A DNA stretch of 64,000 bases from Candidatus Marinacidobacterium sp. Its GTDB lineage: Bacteria > Acidobacteriota > Vicinamibacteria > Marinacidobacterales > Marinacidobacteraceae. Every line of letters starts with the position of its first letter. Position 1 is the stretch's first letter. Position numbers and translations under genes: made by a program. Under the pieces are notes generated by a model, which was given only the letters and a program-made list of their open reading frames with translations, made no database searches and was not told the DNA's origin. Location: NCBI GenBank assembly GCA_965204755.1, contig OZ242011.1:2720001-2784000 (forward strand), given 5' to 3'. Below, piece by piece: positions 1-12,650 of this stretch.

Positions 1-3055
<3,055 letters not shown>

Positions 3056-3117
3056 CGCGGTGGACCACCGGCGCGCGGCGGGCGCGCGGCGCGGCGCGGG
3101 GAGCGGATGGGGCATGA

Positions 3118-4533
3118 TTGCCCCTCATGACCGTCCTCACTGCCCTTCGTCCCCTTCATTTGCTGCCCGCGCTCGTCCTCCCCGCGGCGCTCGCCTGTTC
3201 GCCGGCGGCGGAGCCGCCGCTTGATCCCTACGGGGTTCCGGGGGCGGCGGAGCGGTTCGCGATCTCCCGCGACATCGTGGTGGAGAAACTGGGCGCGCCG
3301 CTGCTCGCCGCCATGCGGAACCACGACATCGACCTCTGGCTGGTGGTGGATCGGGAGAACAACCCGGACCCGCTCCACGAGGAAGTCGGGGGCGGGTTCT
3401 CCGGGGTGCGCGGGGCGCGGCTCTTCCACGACGACGGCGGGGACCGGCCGCGGCGCCTCTACATCGGTTCGCACGAGCATCCGGCGAACTCGGTCGTCGG
3501 CCAGGCGTTCGACGAGAAGACCTACTACGGCTACCACCCCGACGGCATCACGCCGCACCTCCGCGCCGCCGTCGAAAGGCTCGATCCGGAGCGCATCGGC
3601 GTGAATACCTCGCCCACGCTTCCCGAAGCGGACGGGCTCACCGCCGGGCTCCGGGACTTCCTCGAAGAGGCGCTCGGGCCGGAGTACGCCGCCCGGATGG
3701 TCTCCGCCGAACTGCTGGTCCGCGACTTCCGGTTGGCCCGCACCGGGCGCGAGACGGAAACCTATCGCCGCCTGCTGGAATGGACGGCGCGCTGGATGAC
3801 CGAAGCGCTCAGCCGCCGCGTGATCACGCCGGGCGTGACCACCGCGGAAGACCTCGCCTGGTGGCTGCAGGATCGGGCGCTCGAACTGGGGATGACCGGC
3901 GGCGGCACCGTGCGCGTCGTGCGGGAAGGGGACCTGCTGCCGATCCACTCACCGGACATCCCCATCGAACCGGGTGACATCCTGAGCATCGACGGCGGGC
4001 TGAAGTTCCTCCACTTCGCCGTGGACATCAAGCGCGCCGCCTATGTGCTGCGGCCGGGCGAGACGGAGTTTCCCGAGAGTCTGGCGTCGGCGTGGCGGGA
4101 CACCGTTGAGTTCGGCGAACGGTACGCCTCGCTGATGATTCCGGGGACGGTGGGGCACGAACTCTGGTCGGCGCTCGGCGCAGAGGCGCAGGCGGACGGC
4201 TACCGCAGCGTCGGCCCGGACGCCGGCGGGGACGCGGTGACCACCACCGAGCCGGAGATCGGGGTGTACGGCCACTCGGTCGGGAATGTGGCGCACGACA
4301 TCGGCGCGCGCGTCGCCGACAACCTGCCCTTCGCCTACGGCGACCGGGTGGGTTTCGCGCTCCGCGAGTCGGAGTGGGTCTCCATCGAGTTCCACCTGAG
4401 CACGCCGATTCCGGAGTGGGACGGAAAGACCTGGTACGCGCGGTTCGAGGAGACCGCGGCAGTGACGCCGAACGGCGCCGAGTGGCTCATTCCCTACCAG
4501 CGCGACCTGATCCTCATTCCTTCGGGCGAATGA
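3118..4533 (+). CDS. M24 family (Xaa-Pro aminopeptidase-like) metallopeptidase, predicted lipoprotein
   Basis: Lipobox ALAC; pita-bread-fold motifs IEPGDILSIDGG, GHSVG..HD, EFH, RFEET. Confidence 0.75.
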   Translation: MPLMTVLTALRPLHLLPALVLPAALACSPAAEPPLDPYGVPGAAERFAISRDIVVEKLGAPLLAAMRNHDIDLWLVVDRENNPDPLHEEVGGGFSGVRGARLFHDDGGDRPRRLYIGSHEHPANSVVGQAFDEKTYYGYHPDGITPHLRAAVERLDPERIGVNTSPTLPEADGLTAGLRDFLEEALGPEYAARMVSAELLVRDFRLARTGRETETYRRLLEWTARWMTEALSRRVITPGVTTAEDLAWWLQDRALELGMTGGGTVRVVREGDLLPIHSPDIPIEPGDILSIDGGLKFLHFAVDIKRAAYVLRPGETEFPESLASAWRDTVEFGERYASLMIPGTVGHELWSALGAEAQADGYRSVGPDAGGDAVTTTEPEIGVYGHSVGNVAHDIGARVADNLPFAYGDRVGFALRESEWVSIEFHLSTPIPEWDGKTWYARFEETAAVTPNGAEWLIPYQRDLILIPSGE

Positions 4534-5642
4534 CCGGCGGCTGCGCTCCGCCCTCCGCTTCCGCCGCCGGGGGCGGAGGCGCCGGGGAGCGCCCGCTCGG
4601 TTTCGGGCTGATCGGCACCGGCATGGCCGGCGGCTGCAACGCCTGCGAGTTGGAGTTCGTGGAAGGCGCCCGGCTGGCGGCGGTGTGTTCGCGCGACCCG
4701 GAGCGCGCCCGCTCCTTCGCCGAAGAACACGGCGCCGCGAAGTGGTACACCGACTACGAGCGCCTGGTCACCGACCCGGAAGTGGATGCGGTGCTGGTGC
4801 TCACGCCCACCGGCCTCCACGCGGAGATGACGATCGCGGCGGCGGAAGCGGGCAAACATGTGCTCGTCGAAAAGCCCATCGAAGCCACCCTCGAAGCGGC
4901 CCGCCGCATGATCCGCGTCTGCCGCGAACGCGATGTCCGGTTGGGCGTGATCTTCCAGATGCGTTTCGGCCGCGTGGCGGAAAAACTGCGGACGCTCCTC
5001 TCCGCCGGCGGCCTCGGCGACCTCTATCTCGCGGACGCGGTGGACAAGGTCAGCCGCCCGCCTTCGTACTACGCTTCCGCCGCCTGGCGCGGCACCGAGG
5101 AACTCGAAGGCGGCGGCTGCCTGATGACCCAGTCCATCCACATCCTCGACCTGCTGCAGCACCTGGTCGGCCCGGTGGCGGCGGTCACCGGCAAGACGGC
5201 CACGAAACGCCATTCCATCGAGGTGGAGGACACCGCGACGGCGCTCCTGGAATTCGAGAACGGCGCGCTCGGTTCGCTCGTCAGCGCGACTTCGGTGCGC
5301 CCCGCGCTCCTGTCCCGGATCGCCGTCCACGGCGAGCGCGGGACGGTCGTGGCGAACGCGCAGTACGACAAGTTCCTCGTTTGGGAGGTCGAGGGCGTCC
5401 CGGGGCCGCCGAACCTGCCGGAGACGACGCGCTGGTTGGACACCGACGACCCTTGGTCGTACCCGCAGACCCGCCACCGGGCGCAACTCGCCGACCTGGT
5501 GGGCGCGGTGCGCGAAGGGCGGGCGCCGGTGCTCGACGGCGAGGAGGCGCTGCGCTCGCTGCGGGTGGTCAAGGCGATCCAGCATTCGGCGCGTCTCGGG
5601 CGCGAGGTCCGGCTCGCCGACCCGTTGCCCGGCGAGCCGTGA
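4530..5642 (+). CDS. Gfo/Idh/MocA family oxidoreductase
   Basis: GLIGTG, AGKHVLVEKP, GGGCLMTQSIHILD; ATGA overlap with the upstream gene. Confidence 0.9.
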   Translation: MTGGCAPPSASAAGGGGAGERPLGFGLIGTGMAGGCNACELEFVEGARLAAVCSRDPERARSFAEEHGAAKWYTDYERLVTDPEVDAVLVLTPTGLHAEMTIAAAEAGKHVLVEKPIEATLEAARRMIRVCRERDVRLGVIFQMRFGRVAEKLRTLLSAGGLGDLYLADAVDKVSRPPSYYASAAWRGTEELEGGGCLMTQSIHILDLLQHLVGPVAAVTGKTATKRHSIEVEDTATALLEFENGALGSLVSATSVRPALLSRIAVHGERGTVVANAQYDKFLVWEVEGVPGPPNLPETTRWLDTDDPWSYPQTRHRAQLADLVGAVREGRAPVLDGEEALRSLRVVKAIQHSARLGREVRLADPLPGEP

Positions 5643-5706
5643 CCGGGCGGGCGGCGCGGGCCCGCGCGGTCGCCGGGCCGCCGCCCCGTTGCGAGCCGCC
5701 GAAGGA

Positions 5707-6228
5707 TTGAGCCGCTTGGTCCGGCGGATCGTCCGGGTCGTCGAAGGACTCGCCGCCGCCGCGCTCGCCGGGCTGGCGCTGCTCGTCTGCCTGCAGGTCG
5801 CGGGGCGGTACCTGCTGCCGACGGCGCCGACCTGGACCGAGGAACTCGCCCGGTACCTGCAGGTCTGGCTGGTGTTCCTCGCCGCACCGGCGTGTCTGCA
5901 TCGCGGGATGCACCTCGCGGTGGATTACCTCACGCCGCGCCTCACCGAACGAAACCGCCGGCGCGCGCGGCGGGTGGTGTTCGCGCTGGTCGGCGTCTGG
6001 TCGGCGGTGATCGCCGTCGTCGGGATCCGACTGCTCGGCGTGGCGGCGCTCCAGACTTCGCCGGCGCTGGGCGTTTCCATGGTATGGCCCTATCTCGCGG
6101 CGCCGGTGGGCGGATCGCTCCTTACGCTGGTGGCTGTCGCCCGGTTGGTCGATCCCATGGGCGGCGTCGCGAACGCATCCGGGGGTTTCGGCGCCCCGGC
6201 AGGCGGCGGCGAAAGGGCAGGGGAATGA
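5707..6228 (+). CDS. dctQ: TRAP transporter small permease (DctQ family)
   Basis: WTEELARYLQVW, HLAVD, four TM segments; start codon uncertain. Confidence 0.85.
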   Translation: MSRLVRRIVRVVEGLAAAALAGLALLVCLQVAGRYLLPTAPTWTEELARYLQVWLVFLAAPACLHRGMHLAVDYLTPRLTERNRRRARRVVFALVGVWSAVIAVVGIRLLGVAALQTSPALGVSMVWPYLAAPVGGSLLTLVAVARLVDPMGGVANASGGFGAPAGGGERAGE

Positions 6229-7568
6229 CCGGCGTCCTGCTCGCCGTCCTGCTCGTCCTGCTGGCGCTCGGCGTGCCGGTCGCGTTCGCGGTGGGCCTCG
6301 GAGGTATGGCGGCGCTGCTGACCGACCGGACGATGCCGCTCGAGGTCGCGGCGCAGCGGGCGTTCGCCGCGCTCGATTCCTGGGCGTTGATGGCCGTGCC
6401 GCTCTTCATCCTCGCCGGGGAATTGATGTCGGTATCCGGCATGGCGCGGCGGATGCTGCGGCTGGTGAGCCGCGCGCCGGCCGCGCTGCCGGTGGTTTCC
6501 ATCGCCTCCTCGATGGGTTTCGCCGCCGTTTCCGGCAGTTCCAGCGCCTCGACCGCCGCCGTCGGCTCCGTGATGATCCCGGCGATGCGCCGCCGGGGAT
6601 ACCCGGCGGGTTTCGCGGCGGCGTTCCAGGCGGCGGGCGGCGCCCTCGGCCCGATCATCCCGCCGAGCATCATCATGATCGTCGTCGGCCACCTGACCGG
6701 CGCTTCCATCGCGGCGCTCTTCTTCGGCGGCATCGCGCCGGGCCTCCTGGTCGGCGGCGCGCTGATGGCCGCGGGCTACCGCCGCGCCCGCGTCTGGGAA
6801 CGGGAGCGAACCGCCGGGGCCCGCGACGCCGCATCGCCCGACGCGGATTCCCCTGACGCGGATTCCCGCGGCGCGGATGCCCCTGACAACGATTCCCCTG
6901 ACGCGGTTTCGTCGCCGCCGCGCGAGTTCGCCGCGGCGCTCCCGATGCTGCTCATGCCGGTGCTGGTGCTCGGCGGCATCCTCGCCGGCGCCTTCACCGC
7001 CACGGAAGCCGCGGGCGTCGCCGTGGCCTACTTGGTGGTCGTGGGTTTCCTCGGCCGCAACCTGCGACTGCGGGATATCGGCCGGGCGCTGGTGGACTCG
7101 GCGCTCCGTTCCGCGGTCGTGCTGTTCGTCGCCACCACCGCCGCCCTCTTCGCCTGGATCCTGGCGGTGGAGCAGGTGGCGGGTTCGATCGGCGCGGCTC
7201 TCGGCGCGGCCGCCACGCCGCTGGCCTTCCTCGTCGCCGCGAACCTCGTGTTCATCGTCGCCGGCATGTTGATGGAGAGCATCTCCGCGCTCATCGTGGC
7301 CGTGCCGATCCTGTTTCCGCTCGCGCTCTCCCTCGGCGTGGACCCGGTGCACTTCGGCGTCCTCGTTTCCGTGAACCTGTGCATCGGCATGGTGACCCCG
7401 CCCTACGGCGCGACGCTCTTCGTCGCCTGCTCGCTGTCCGGCGTCGAAGTGCGCGAAGTCGCCCCCTGGACGCTGCGCCCGGTCGCGTTCATGTTGGCCG
7501 CGCAAGTCGTCATCACCGTCTTCCCCCCGGTCGTCCTGGCGCTGCCCCGCGCGTTCGGTTTGCTGTGA
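6225..7568 (+). CDS. dctM: TRAP transporter large permease (DctM family)
   Basis: AVPLFILAG, GPIIPPSI, FTATEA, DPVHFG, GMVTPP. Confidence 0.9.
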   Translation: MTGVLLAVLLVLLALGVPVAFAVGLGGMAALLTDRTMPLEVAAQRAFAALDSWALMAVPLFILAGELMSVSGMARRMLRLVSRAPAALPVVSIASSMGFAAVSGSSSASTAAVGSVMIPAMRRRGYPAGFAAAFQAAGGALGPIIPPSIIMIVVGHLTGASIAALFFGGIAPGLLVGGALMAAGYRRARVWERERTAGARDAASPDADSPDADSRGADAPDNDSPDAVSSPPREFAAALPMLLMPVLVLGGILAGAFTATEAAGVAVAYLVVVGFLGRNLRLRDIGRALVDSALRSAVVLFVATTAALFAWILAVEQVAGSIGAALGAAATPLAFLVAANLVFIVAGMLMESISALIVAVPILFPLALSLGVDPVHFGVLVSVNLCIGMVTPPYGATLFVACSLSGVEVREVAPWTLRPVAFMLAAQVVITVFPPVVLALPRAFGLL

Positions 7569-8581
7569 CGCGCTTCGCCTCCGCGCTCCCTCGAGCGGCA
7601 TTCCTGCTCGCTTCGTCGGGTATGGCCGCCGCCGGGTGCGCCGGCGGGGGCGCGTCGTCCGCGCCCGGGACTCCTCGAACGCTCCGCGCCAGCGCCTCCG
7701 CCGCCGAAGGAGAACCGCAAACGCTGGCGCTCCGGAGATTCGCCGAAGAAGTCGAAGCGCGCACCGAAGGCCGGGTGCGCGTGGCGGTCTATCCCTCCAG
7801 CGCGCTCGGCGACGAGCGGGAAGTGATCGAACTGGTAATCCTCGGCGCGGTGCAGGCCGCCTGCCCGGCGAACTCCCCGCTCGCCACCTTCGCTCCGGAA
7901 CTCGGCGTCCTCGACCTGCCGTTCCTGTTCGACGACCGCGCCCACCTCTACCGGGCGCTCGACGGCGAAGTGGGCGCCGCCCTCGCTTCGGCGCTCCGCC
8001 GCCGCGGCCTCCACCTGCTCGGCTTCTTCGACATCGGCCTCCGCCATGTCATGACCCGCGCCGCGCCGGTCGAAACCGCGGCGGACTTCGCCGGGCTCAA
8101 GATCCGCACGATGGAGAACGCGCTCCACCTCGGCGCATTCCGCTCTTTCGGCGCGAGCCCGCTCCCGATGGCCTACGGCGAGTTGTACACCGCGCTGGAA
8201 CAGGGCGTGATAGACGGCGCGGAAGCCGCCGCGACCAATTACCTTTCCCGCGGTTTCCACGAGGTCGCGCCATTCTGGGCCGAAGTCGGCTGGCTCCACC
8301 TGGTGGCCCCGTTCGTCCTGAACCGCGACTTCTACCGTTCCCTCCCCCCCGCCGACCGCCGCGCCCTGAACGAGGCCGCGGCCATCGCCATCACGGAAGA
8401 ACGCGCCGAATACCGCCGCCAGGAAGCCGAAGCCACCACCCGCCTCCGCGCCGCCGGCGTCCGCTTCACCCACCCCGACCGCCCCACCCTCCACCACCTC
8501 TCCGCCCCCGTCCGCCACGCGCCCCCGGGCGTCCCCGAGTCGCTGCTCGCCGCCGTCGAGGCTGCCCGACCGGGCCGCTGA
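7565..8581 (+). CDS. dctP: TRAP substrate-binding protein (DctP family)
   Basis: YPSSALGDE, DLPFLF, GLKIRT, ELYTALEQGVIDG. Confidence 0.9.
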   Translation: MTRFASALPRAAFLLASSGMAAAGCAGGGASSAPGTPRTLRASASAAEGEPQTLALRRFAEEVEARTEGRVRVAVYPSSALGDEREVIELVILGAVQAACPANSPLATFAPELGVLDLPFLFDDRAHLYRALDGEVGAALASALRRRGLHLLGFFDIGLRHVMTRAAPVETAADFAGLKIRTMENALHLGAFRSFGASPLPMAYGELYTALEQGVIDGAEAAATNYLSRGFHEVAPFWAEVGWLHLVAPFVLNRDFYRSLPPADRRALNEAAAIAITEERAEYRRQEAEATTRLRAAGVRFTHPDRPTLHHLSAPVRHAPPGVPESLLAAVEAARPGR

Positions 8582-8637
8582 CCGATTTACCGCCAATCGG
8601 CTACGATCCGGCTCACGAGGGCCATCCCCGAAGTCCC

Positions 8638-9933
8638 ATGCATGTCAGACGCCTGACCATCGAGAACCTCCGTTCGATACGGGGACTGGACTTCCAGGTG
8701 GACGCTCGCGAGGCCGCCGGCTGGCATGTCTTTCTCGGCGACAACGGGGCCGGGAAATCCACGGTCGTTCGGTCCCTTGCCCTAGCCCTCATGGGCGCGG
8801 TGAACGCGCACGCCACGCGACAAGATTGGGCGCGCTGGGTGTCGGAGGCTGACAAGGGCGGAGCGGCGGCCGTGACGCTCGACGCGCACCCAACGGATGA
8901 TTGGAAGACTCAGGGAGCGAAAGGGAAGCAGCCGATCGTGGCGAAGGCCCAAATCCGGATCGCCGATCCCGCTTCGACGAACGGTCGAGCCGACCTGAAG
9001 TTCTCGGGGCGCTCCGCGGAGCGAACGGTGTGGGGGGGCGGCGCCGGCTGGTTTTCGGCCTCTTTCGGCCCGTCTCGGCGCTTTTCCGGGACAGATCCGG
9101 AGATGGACCGCTTGTATCTCACCCACCCGAGGCTCGCTCCACACTTGTCGGCGTTCGGAGAAAATGTGGCTCTCGGCGAGTGCCTGCGTTGGCTGACGGA
9201 TCTTCAGTTTCGGAGTCTCGAGGGAGACGATGAGGCTAGGCGTGTCCGGGACGCGGTGAAGTCGTTCGTGAACCGCGCCGACCTGCTTCCGCACGGCGCC
9301 ACGATCCGAGAGATCACGGCGGGCCGCGTCGTCATCGAGGACGGTGCGGGTTCGTGCGTTGCCGTCGAGGAGATGAGCGACGGGTACCGCTCGATTCTGA
9401 GTCTCACGCTCGAAATGCTGCGACTGATGTTCGCGAACTTCTCGACCGATGTCGCCTTGCGTCTGATGGATGAGGAAGCCGGAACGGTACGACTGCCCGG
9501 GGTCGTCGCCATAGACGAAATAGACGCCCACCTGCATCCCCAGTGGCAACAGCGGATCGGTGATTGGTTCCTGTCTCGGTTCCCGGAGACACAATTCCTC
9601 GTCACGACACACAGCCCGATCATCTGCCGCGCGGCCCGCCTCGGGAGCGTGTGGTTGCTGCCGACGCCGGGAACGGGCGACGATCCTCGCCGCATCGAGG
9701 GAACGGAGTTGGCGCGCCTCCTCGACGGGAACATTCTGGAGGCCTACGGGACGGACCTCTTCGGGGAGGATGTCACCCGGTCGCCCGAGTCCGAGAAGAA
9801 GTTGGCTCGCCTCGCCGTACTGAATCGCAAGCGGCTACTCGGGTCACTGCCCCCGGACGAGCAGGGCGAACTCGAGCAACTCAGGGCCGCCATGCCGACG
9901 GCGGCGAACCACACGGCGCCGGTGCTGGACTGA
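8638..9933 (+). CDS. ABC/AAA ATPase, PtuA (Septu)-like
   Basis: Walker A GDNGAGKS, signature MSDGYRS, Walker B IDEIDAHLHP, TTHSP; in the frame of ORF 7636..9933 from ATG 8638. Confidence 0.85.
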   Translation: MHVRRLTIENLRSIRGLDFQVDAREAAGWHVFLGDNGAGKSTVVRSLALALMGAVNAHATRQDWARWVSEADKGGAAAVTLDAHPTDDWKTQGAKGKQPIVAKAQIRIADPASTNGRADLKFSGRSAERTVWGGGAGWFSASFGPSRRFSGTDPEMDRLYLTHPRLAPHLSAFGENVALGECLRWLTDLQFRSLEGDDEARRVRDAVKSFVNRADLLPHGATIREITAGRVVIEDGAGSCVAVEEMSDGYRSILSLTLEMLRLMFANFSTDVALRLMDEEAGTVRLPGVVAIDEIDAHLHPQWQQRIGDWFLSRFPETQFLVTTHSPIICRAARLGSVWLLPTPGTGDDPRRIEGTELARLLDGNILEAYGTDLFGEDVTRSPESEKKLARLAVLNRKRLLGSLPPDEQGELEQLRAAMPTAANHTAPVLD

Positions 9934-9937
9934 ACCG

Positions 9938-10738
9938 ATGTTGCGGCTGGACGACCCCGGCGTAGATGCCGAGACGAAGCGGGGGTTGGAGCGCTACCAA
10001 GCTGAAGTGGAGCGGGCGGGAGACTACGCCGCTCAGGTGAGCGAGGGTGCGACCCTCTTCGCTCGCTACAACCGACGGAAGAACAGCGTCTTTGTCGTTG
10101 TCCGTCGGCAACTGGCCCTCATGTGCCCCGGTGCTCGGCGGTGCGGCTATTGCGAGGATTCCGCGGAGAGTGATATCGACCATTTCCGACCGAAGACCCT
10201 GTACCCGGACCAAGTGTTCGTATGGGAAAACTATCTGCCGTCCTGCGCTCCGTGCAATCGTAAGAAGGGCCGGCGATTTGCCGTGTTGAAGGACGGCGAT
10301 CTGACCTGTGTCAGCCGGCGGCGCGGCGCGCCCGTCGAGAGGCCGATCGCCGGCCCTCCCGCGCTCATCGACCCCCGGGTCGAGGAACCGATGCGAACAC
10401 TGACGCTCGATCTCTTGGACACCTTCAGATTCCTGCCGCGTGAGGGTGTGAGTAGCGAGGACGAGATACGCGCGAATTACACGATCACTGTGCTGCAACT
10501 CAATCGGGATGTGTTGACGGAATCCCGGCGACGGGCGTATGACGATTACCGAGCGCGGCTGTCCGAGTATCGGAGCCGTCGCGCTGCCGGATCGCCGGAG
10601 TCGGAATTGAGGCCCCTGAAGGACGGGTTGCTGACGAGTGCGCACCCGACGGTCTGGCGGGAAATGCAGCGGCAACAGGCGCGGATCGGCGATTTGCGGC
10701 GCCTGTTCGCGGAAGTGCCGGAGGCGCTGTGCTGGTGA
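9938..10738 (+). CDS. HNH endonuclease, PtuB (Septu)-like
   Basis: CGYCE..IDHFRPK..WENY..CAPCN..K; 4 bp downstream of the ATPase. Confidence 0.85.
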   Translation: MLRLDDPGVDAETKRGLERYQAEVERAGDYAAQVSEGATLFARYNRRKNSVFVVVRRQLALMCPGARRCGYCEDSAESDIDHFRPKTLYPDQVFVWENYLPSCAPCNRKKGRRFAVLKDGDLTCVSRRRGAPVERPIAGPPALIDPRVEEPMRTLTLDLLDTFRFLPREGVSSEDEIRANYTITVLQLNRDVLTESRRRAYDDYRARLSEYRSRRAAGSPESELRPLKDGLLTSAHPTVWREMQRQQARIGDLRRLFAEVPEALCW

Positions 10739-11099
10739 CCGGGGAGGAAGCACCCGGAGCGGCGGGGCAGGTGTTCGGGACGGAAGACCCGAAGCCGCGT
10801 TCGTTCTGGGTGGCGCTTCATTCCTACAGTTACCTGTAGTTCGACGATATGGCGGCGCTCAATCGGCGTCTCGGGCGTCCGCTTCACCGGTGCGCCCGAG
10901 CCTCCACCGCCTCTCCGCCCCCGTCCGCCGGACACTCCTGGCGCCGTCGCTGCTGACGGTCATCGACATGCTTCGTTGACCGCTCCCCTTCGCCGCGCTA
11001 CTCTCCGTTCGGTGAGCGGAGCCGCCCTTTCGTGGCGCTGCCGCGCTGCCGGGAGCGATCCACGCCGCTCGGCGATCCTTCCGACCTGAGAGCCCCTTC

Positions 11100-12449
11100 A
11101 TGCTGTCCCGGCTTCGTCTTCGCAACTTCAAGTCGTGGGAGGACACTGGCGACCTCGCGTTGCGCCCGATAACTGCTTTTTTCGGGGCGAACAGTTCCGG
11201 CAAGACGAGTCTGCTGCAGGCGCTGTTGCTGCTCAAGCAGACATCGGAATCGTCGGATCCTGCGGAAGTCTTCCATTTCGGTGGTGGAGAGGCCCCGGTG
11301 AATTTGGGCGACTTCGAGAACATCCTGCACCGCCACGATCTGTCGCGGCGAGTCGAGATTTCGCTCGACTGGACGACCGACAAACCGGTCGCCATTCGGG
11401 GTTGGGAGAGGCGGGAGATCACCAAGTCGTCGTCGCTCGGCTTTACAGTGACGGCCGAGCAGGACCGAATGGGACCGCGGCGGATGGCCGTGGCGGAAAT
11501 GTCGTACCGAGTCGGGGAGAGCCGGTTCGGCATGCGTCGAAACGGCAAGGGATACACCCTCTTTGGGGAGGGGATCGACTACCGCTTCGTCCGCCGCGAG
11601 GGGCGGTCGTGGCCGCTTCCTCCTCCGGTCCGCTGCTACGGCTTCCCTGACGAGGTCGGCGCCTACTACCGGAACGCCGGATTCCTCGCCGAACGGGGCT
11701 ACGACTTCGCCAAACTCCTGAGGCGGATCCAGTACTTGGGGCCACTGCGCGCCTATCCGGAGAGGCGCTACTACTGGACCGGCGGCGAGCCCGCCGACAT
11801 GGGCCGGGCCGGCGAGGCGGCAGTGGCCGCGATCCTGGCGGCGCGTAACCGGGGGAGGAACATCTCTCGTGGCCGCGGCCGCAAGAAGCGTTCGCTCGAG
11901 GAGCATGTGGCGAGTTGGCTCCGTGACCTCGGCTTGATCCACGACTTCTCGGTCGAATCGCTAAGCGAGGGGGCACAGGTCTTCCAGGTCGTCGTGCGGA
12001 AGACGGCCGGCTCGGCGTCGGTGCCGATCACCGATATCGGGTTCGGGGTGCCCCAGATACTTCCGGTGCTCGTCCTGTGCTTCTACGCCGCCGAAGGTTC
12101 CACCATCATCCTCGAACAACCGGAAATCCACCTGCATCCGGCGATACAGGCAGGTCTGGCGGATGTGTTGATCGAGGCCGCCCGATACCGGGGAGTCCAG
12201 ATCATCGTGGAGAGCCACAGTGAGTACCTGCTCCGGCGACTGGTGCGCCGGGTCGCGGACGAAACGCTGCCGAGCGACCGGGTCGGGTTGTGGTTTTGTG
12301 AATCGGGCGAGGCGTCTTCGACCATCACCGCGCTCGAAATGGATACCTACGGCGCCGTCGCGAACTGGCCCGACGAGTTCTTCGGGGGTGACTTCGAGGA
12401 GATCGCCGAGACCGCGATACGGCAACTGCGCCGGAGGGCGAAGGCATGA
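11100..12449 (+). CDS. ABC-type ATPase with DUF3696-like C-terminus
   Basis: GANSSGKTS, DIGFGVPQILP, LEQPEIHLHP, ESHSE, C-terminal NWPDEFF. Confidence 0.85.
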   Translation: MLSRLRLRNFKSWEDTGDLALRPITAFFGANSSGKTSLLQALLLLKQTSESSDPAEVFHFGGGEAPVNLGDFENILHRHDLSRRVEISLDWTTDKPVAIRGWERREITKSSSLGFTVTAEQDRMGPRRMAVAEMSYRVGESRFGMRRNGKGYTLFGEGIDYRFVRREGRSWPLPPPVRCYGFPDEVGAYYRNAGFLAERGYDFAKLLRRIQYLGPLRAYPERRYYWTGGEPADMGRAGEAAVAAILAARNRGRNISRGRGRKKRSLEEHVASWLRDLGLIHDFSVESLSEGAQVFQVVVRKTAGSASVPITDIGFGVPQILPVLVLCFYAAEGSTIILEQPEIHLHPAIQAGLADVLIEAARYRGVQIIVESHSEYLLRRLVRRVADETLPSDRVGLWFCESGEASSTITALEMDTYGAVANWPDEFFGGDFEEIAETAIRQLRRRAKA

Positions 12450-12650
12450 TGCATCGAACGCCGGCGGAGAGCCGCGGCGGCGGTACCGACCTGTTCCTCG
12501 CCTGGGTCCGACCGTGTGGGTCTTCGCCATGGCTCGCGGCCTTCCTCGGCGACGGCCTTCCTCCAGATCGCGACGCATGCGCCGGCGGGTAAGATTCCTG
12601 CCCGTTTCGCCGCGGAGCCCTCATGGGCAGCGACGAGCCCGCCCCGACTG

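Noticed and set aside
10739-11099. Possible retron ncRNA beside the Septu-like pair (small hairpin CTACAG-TTAC-CTGTAG)
   Set aside because: No reverse transcriptase in the window and no a1/a2 inverted repeats recognised.
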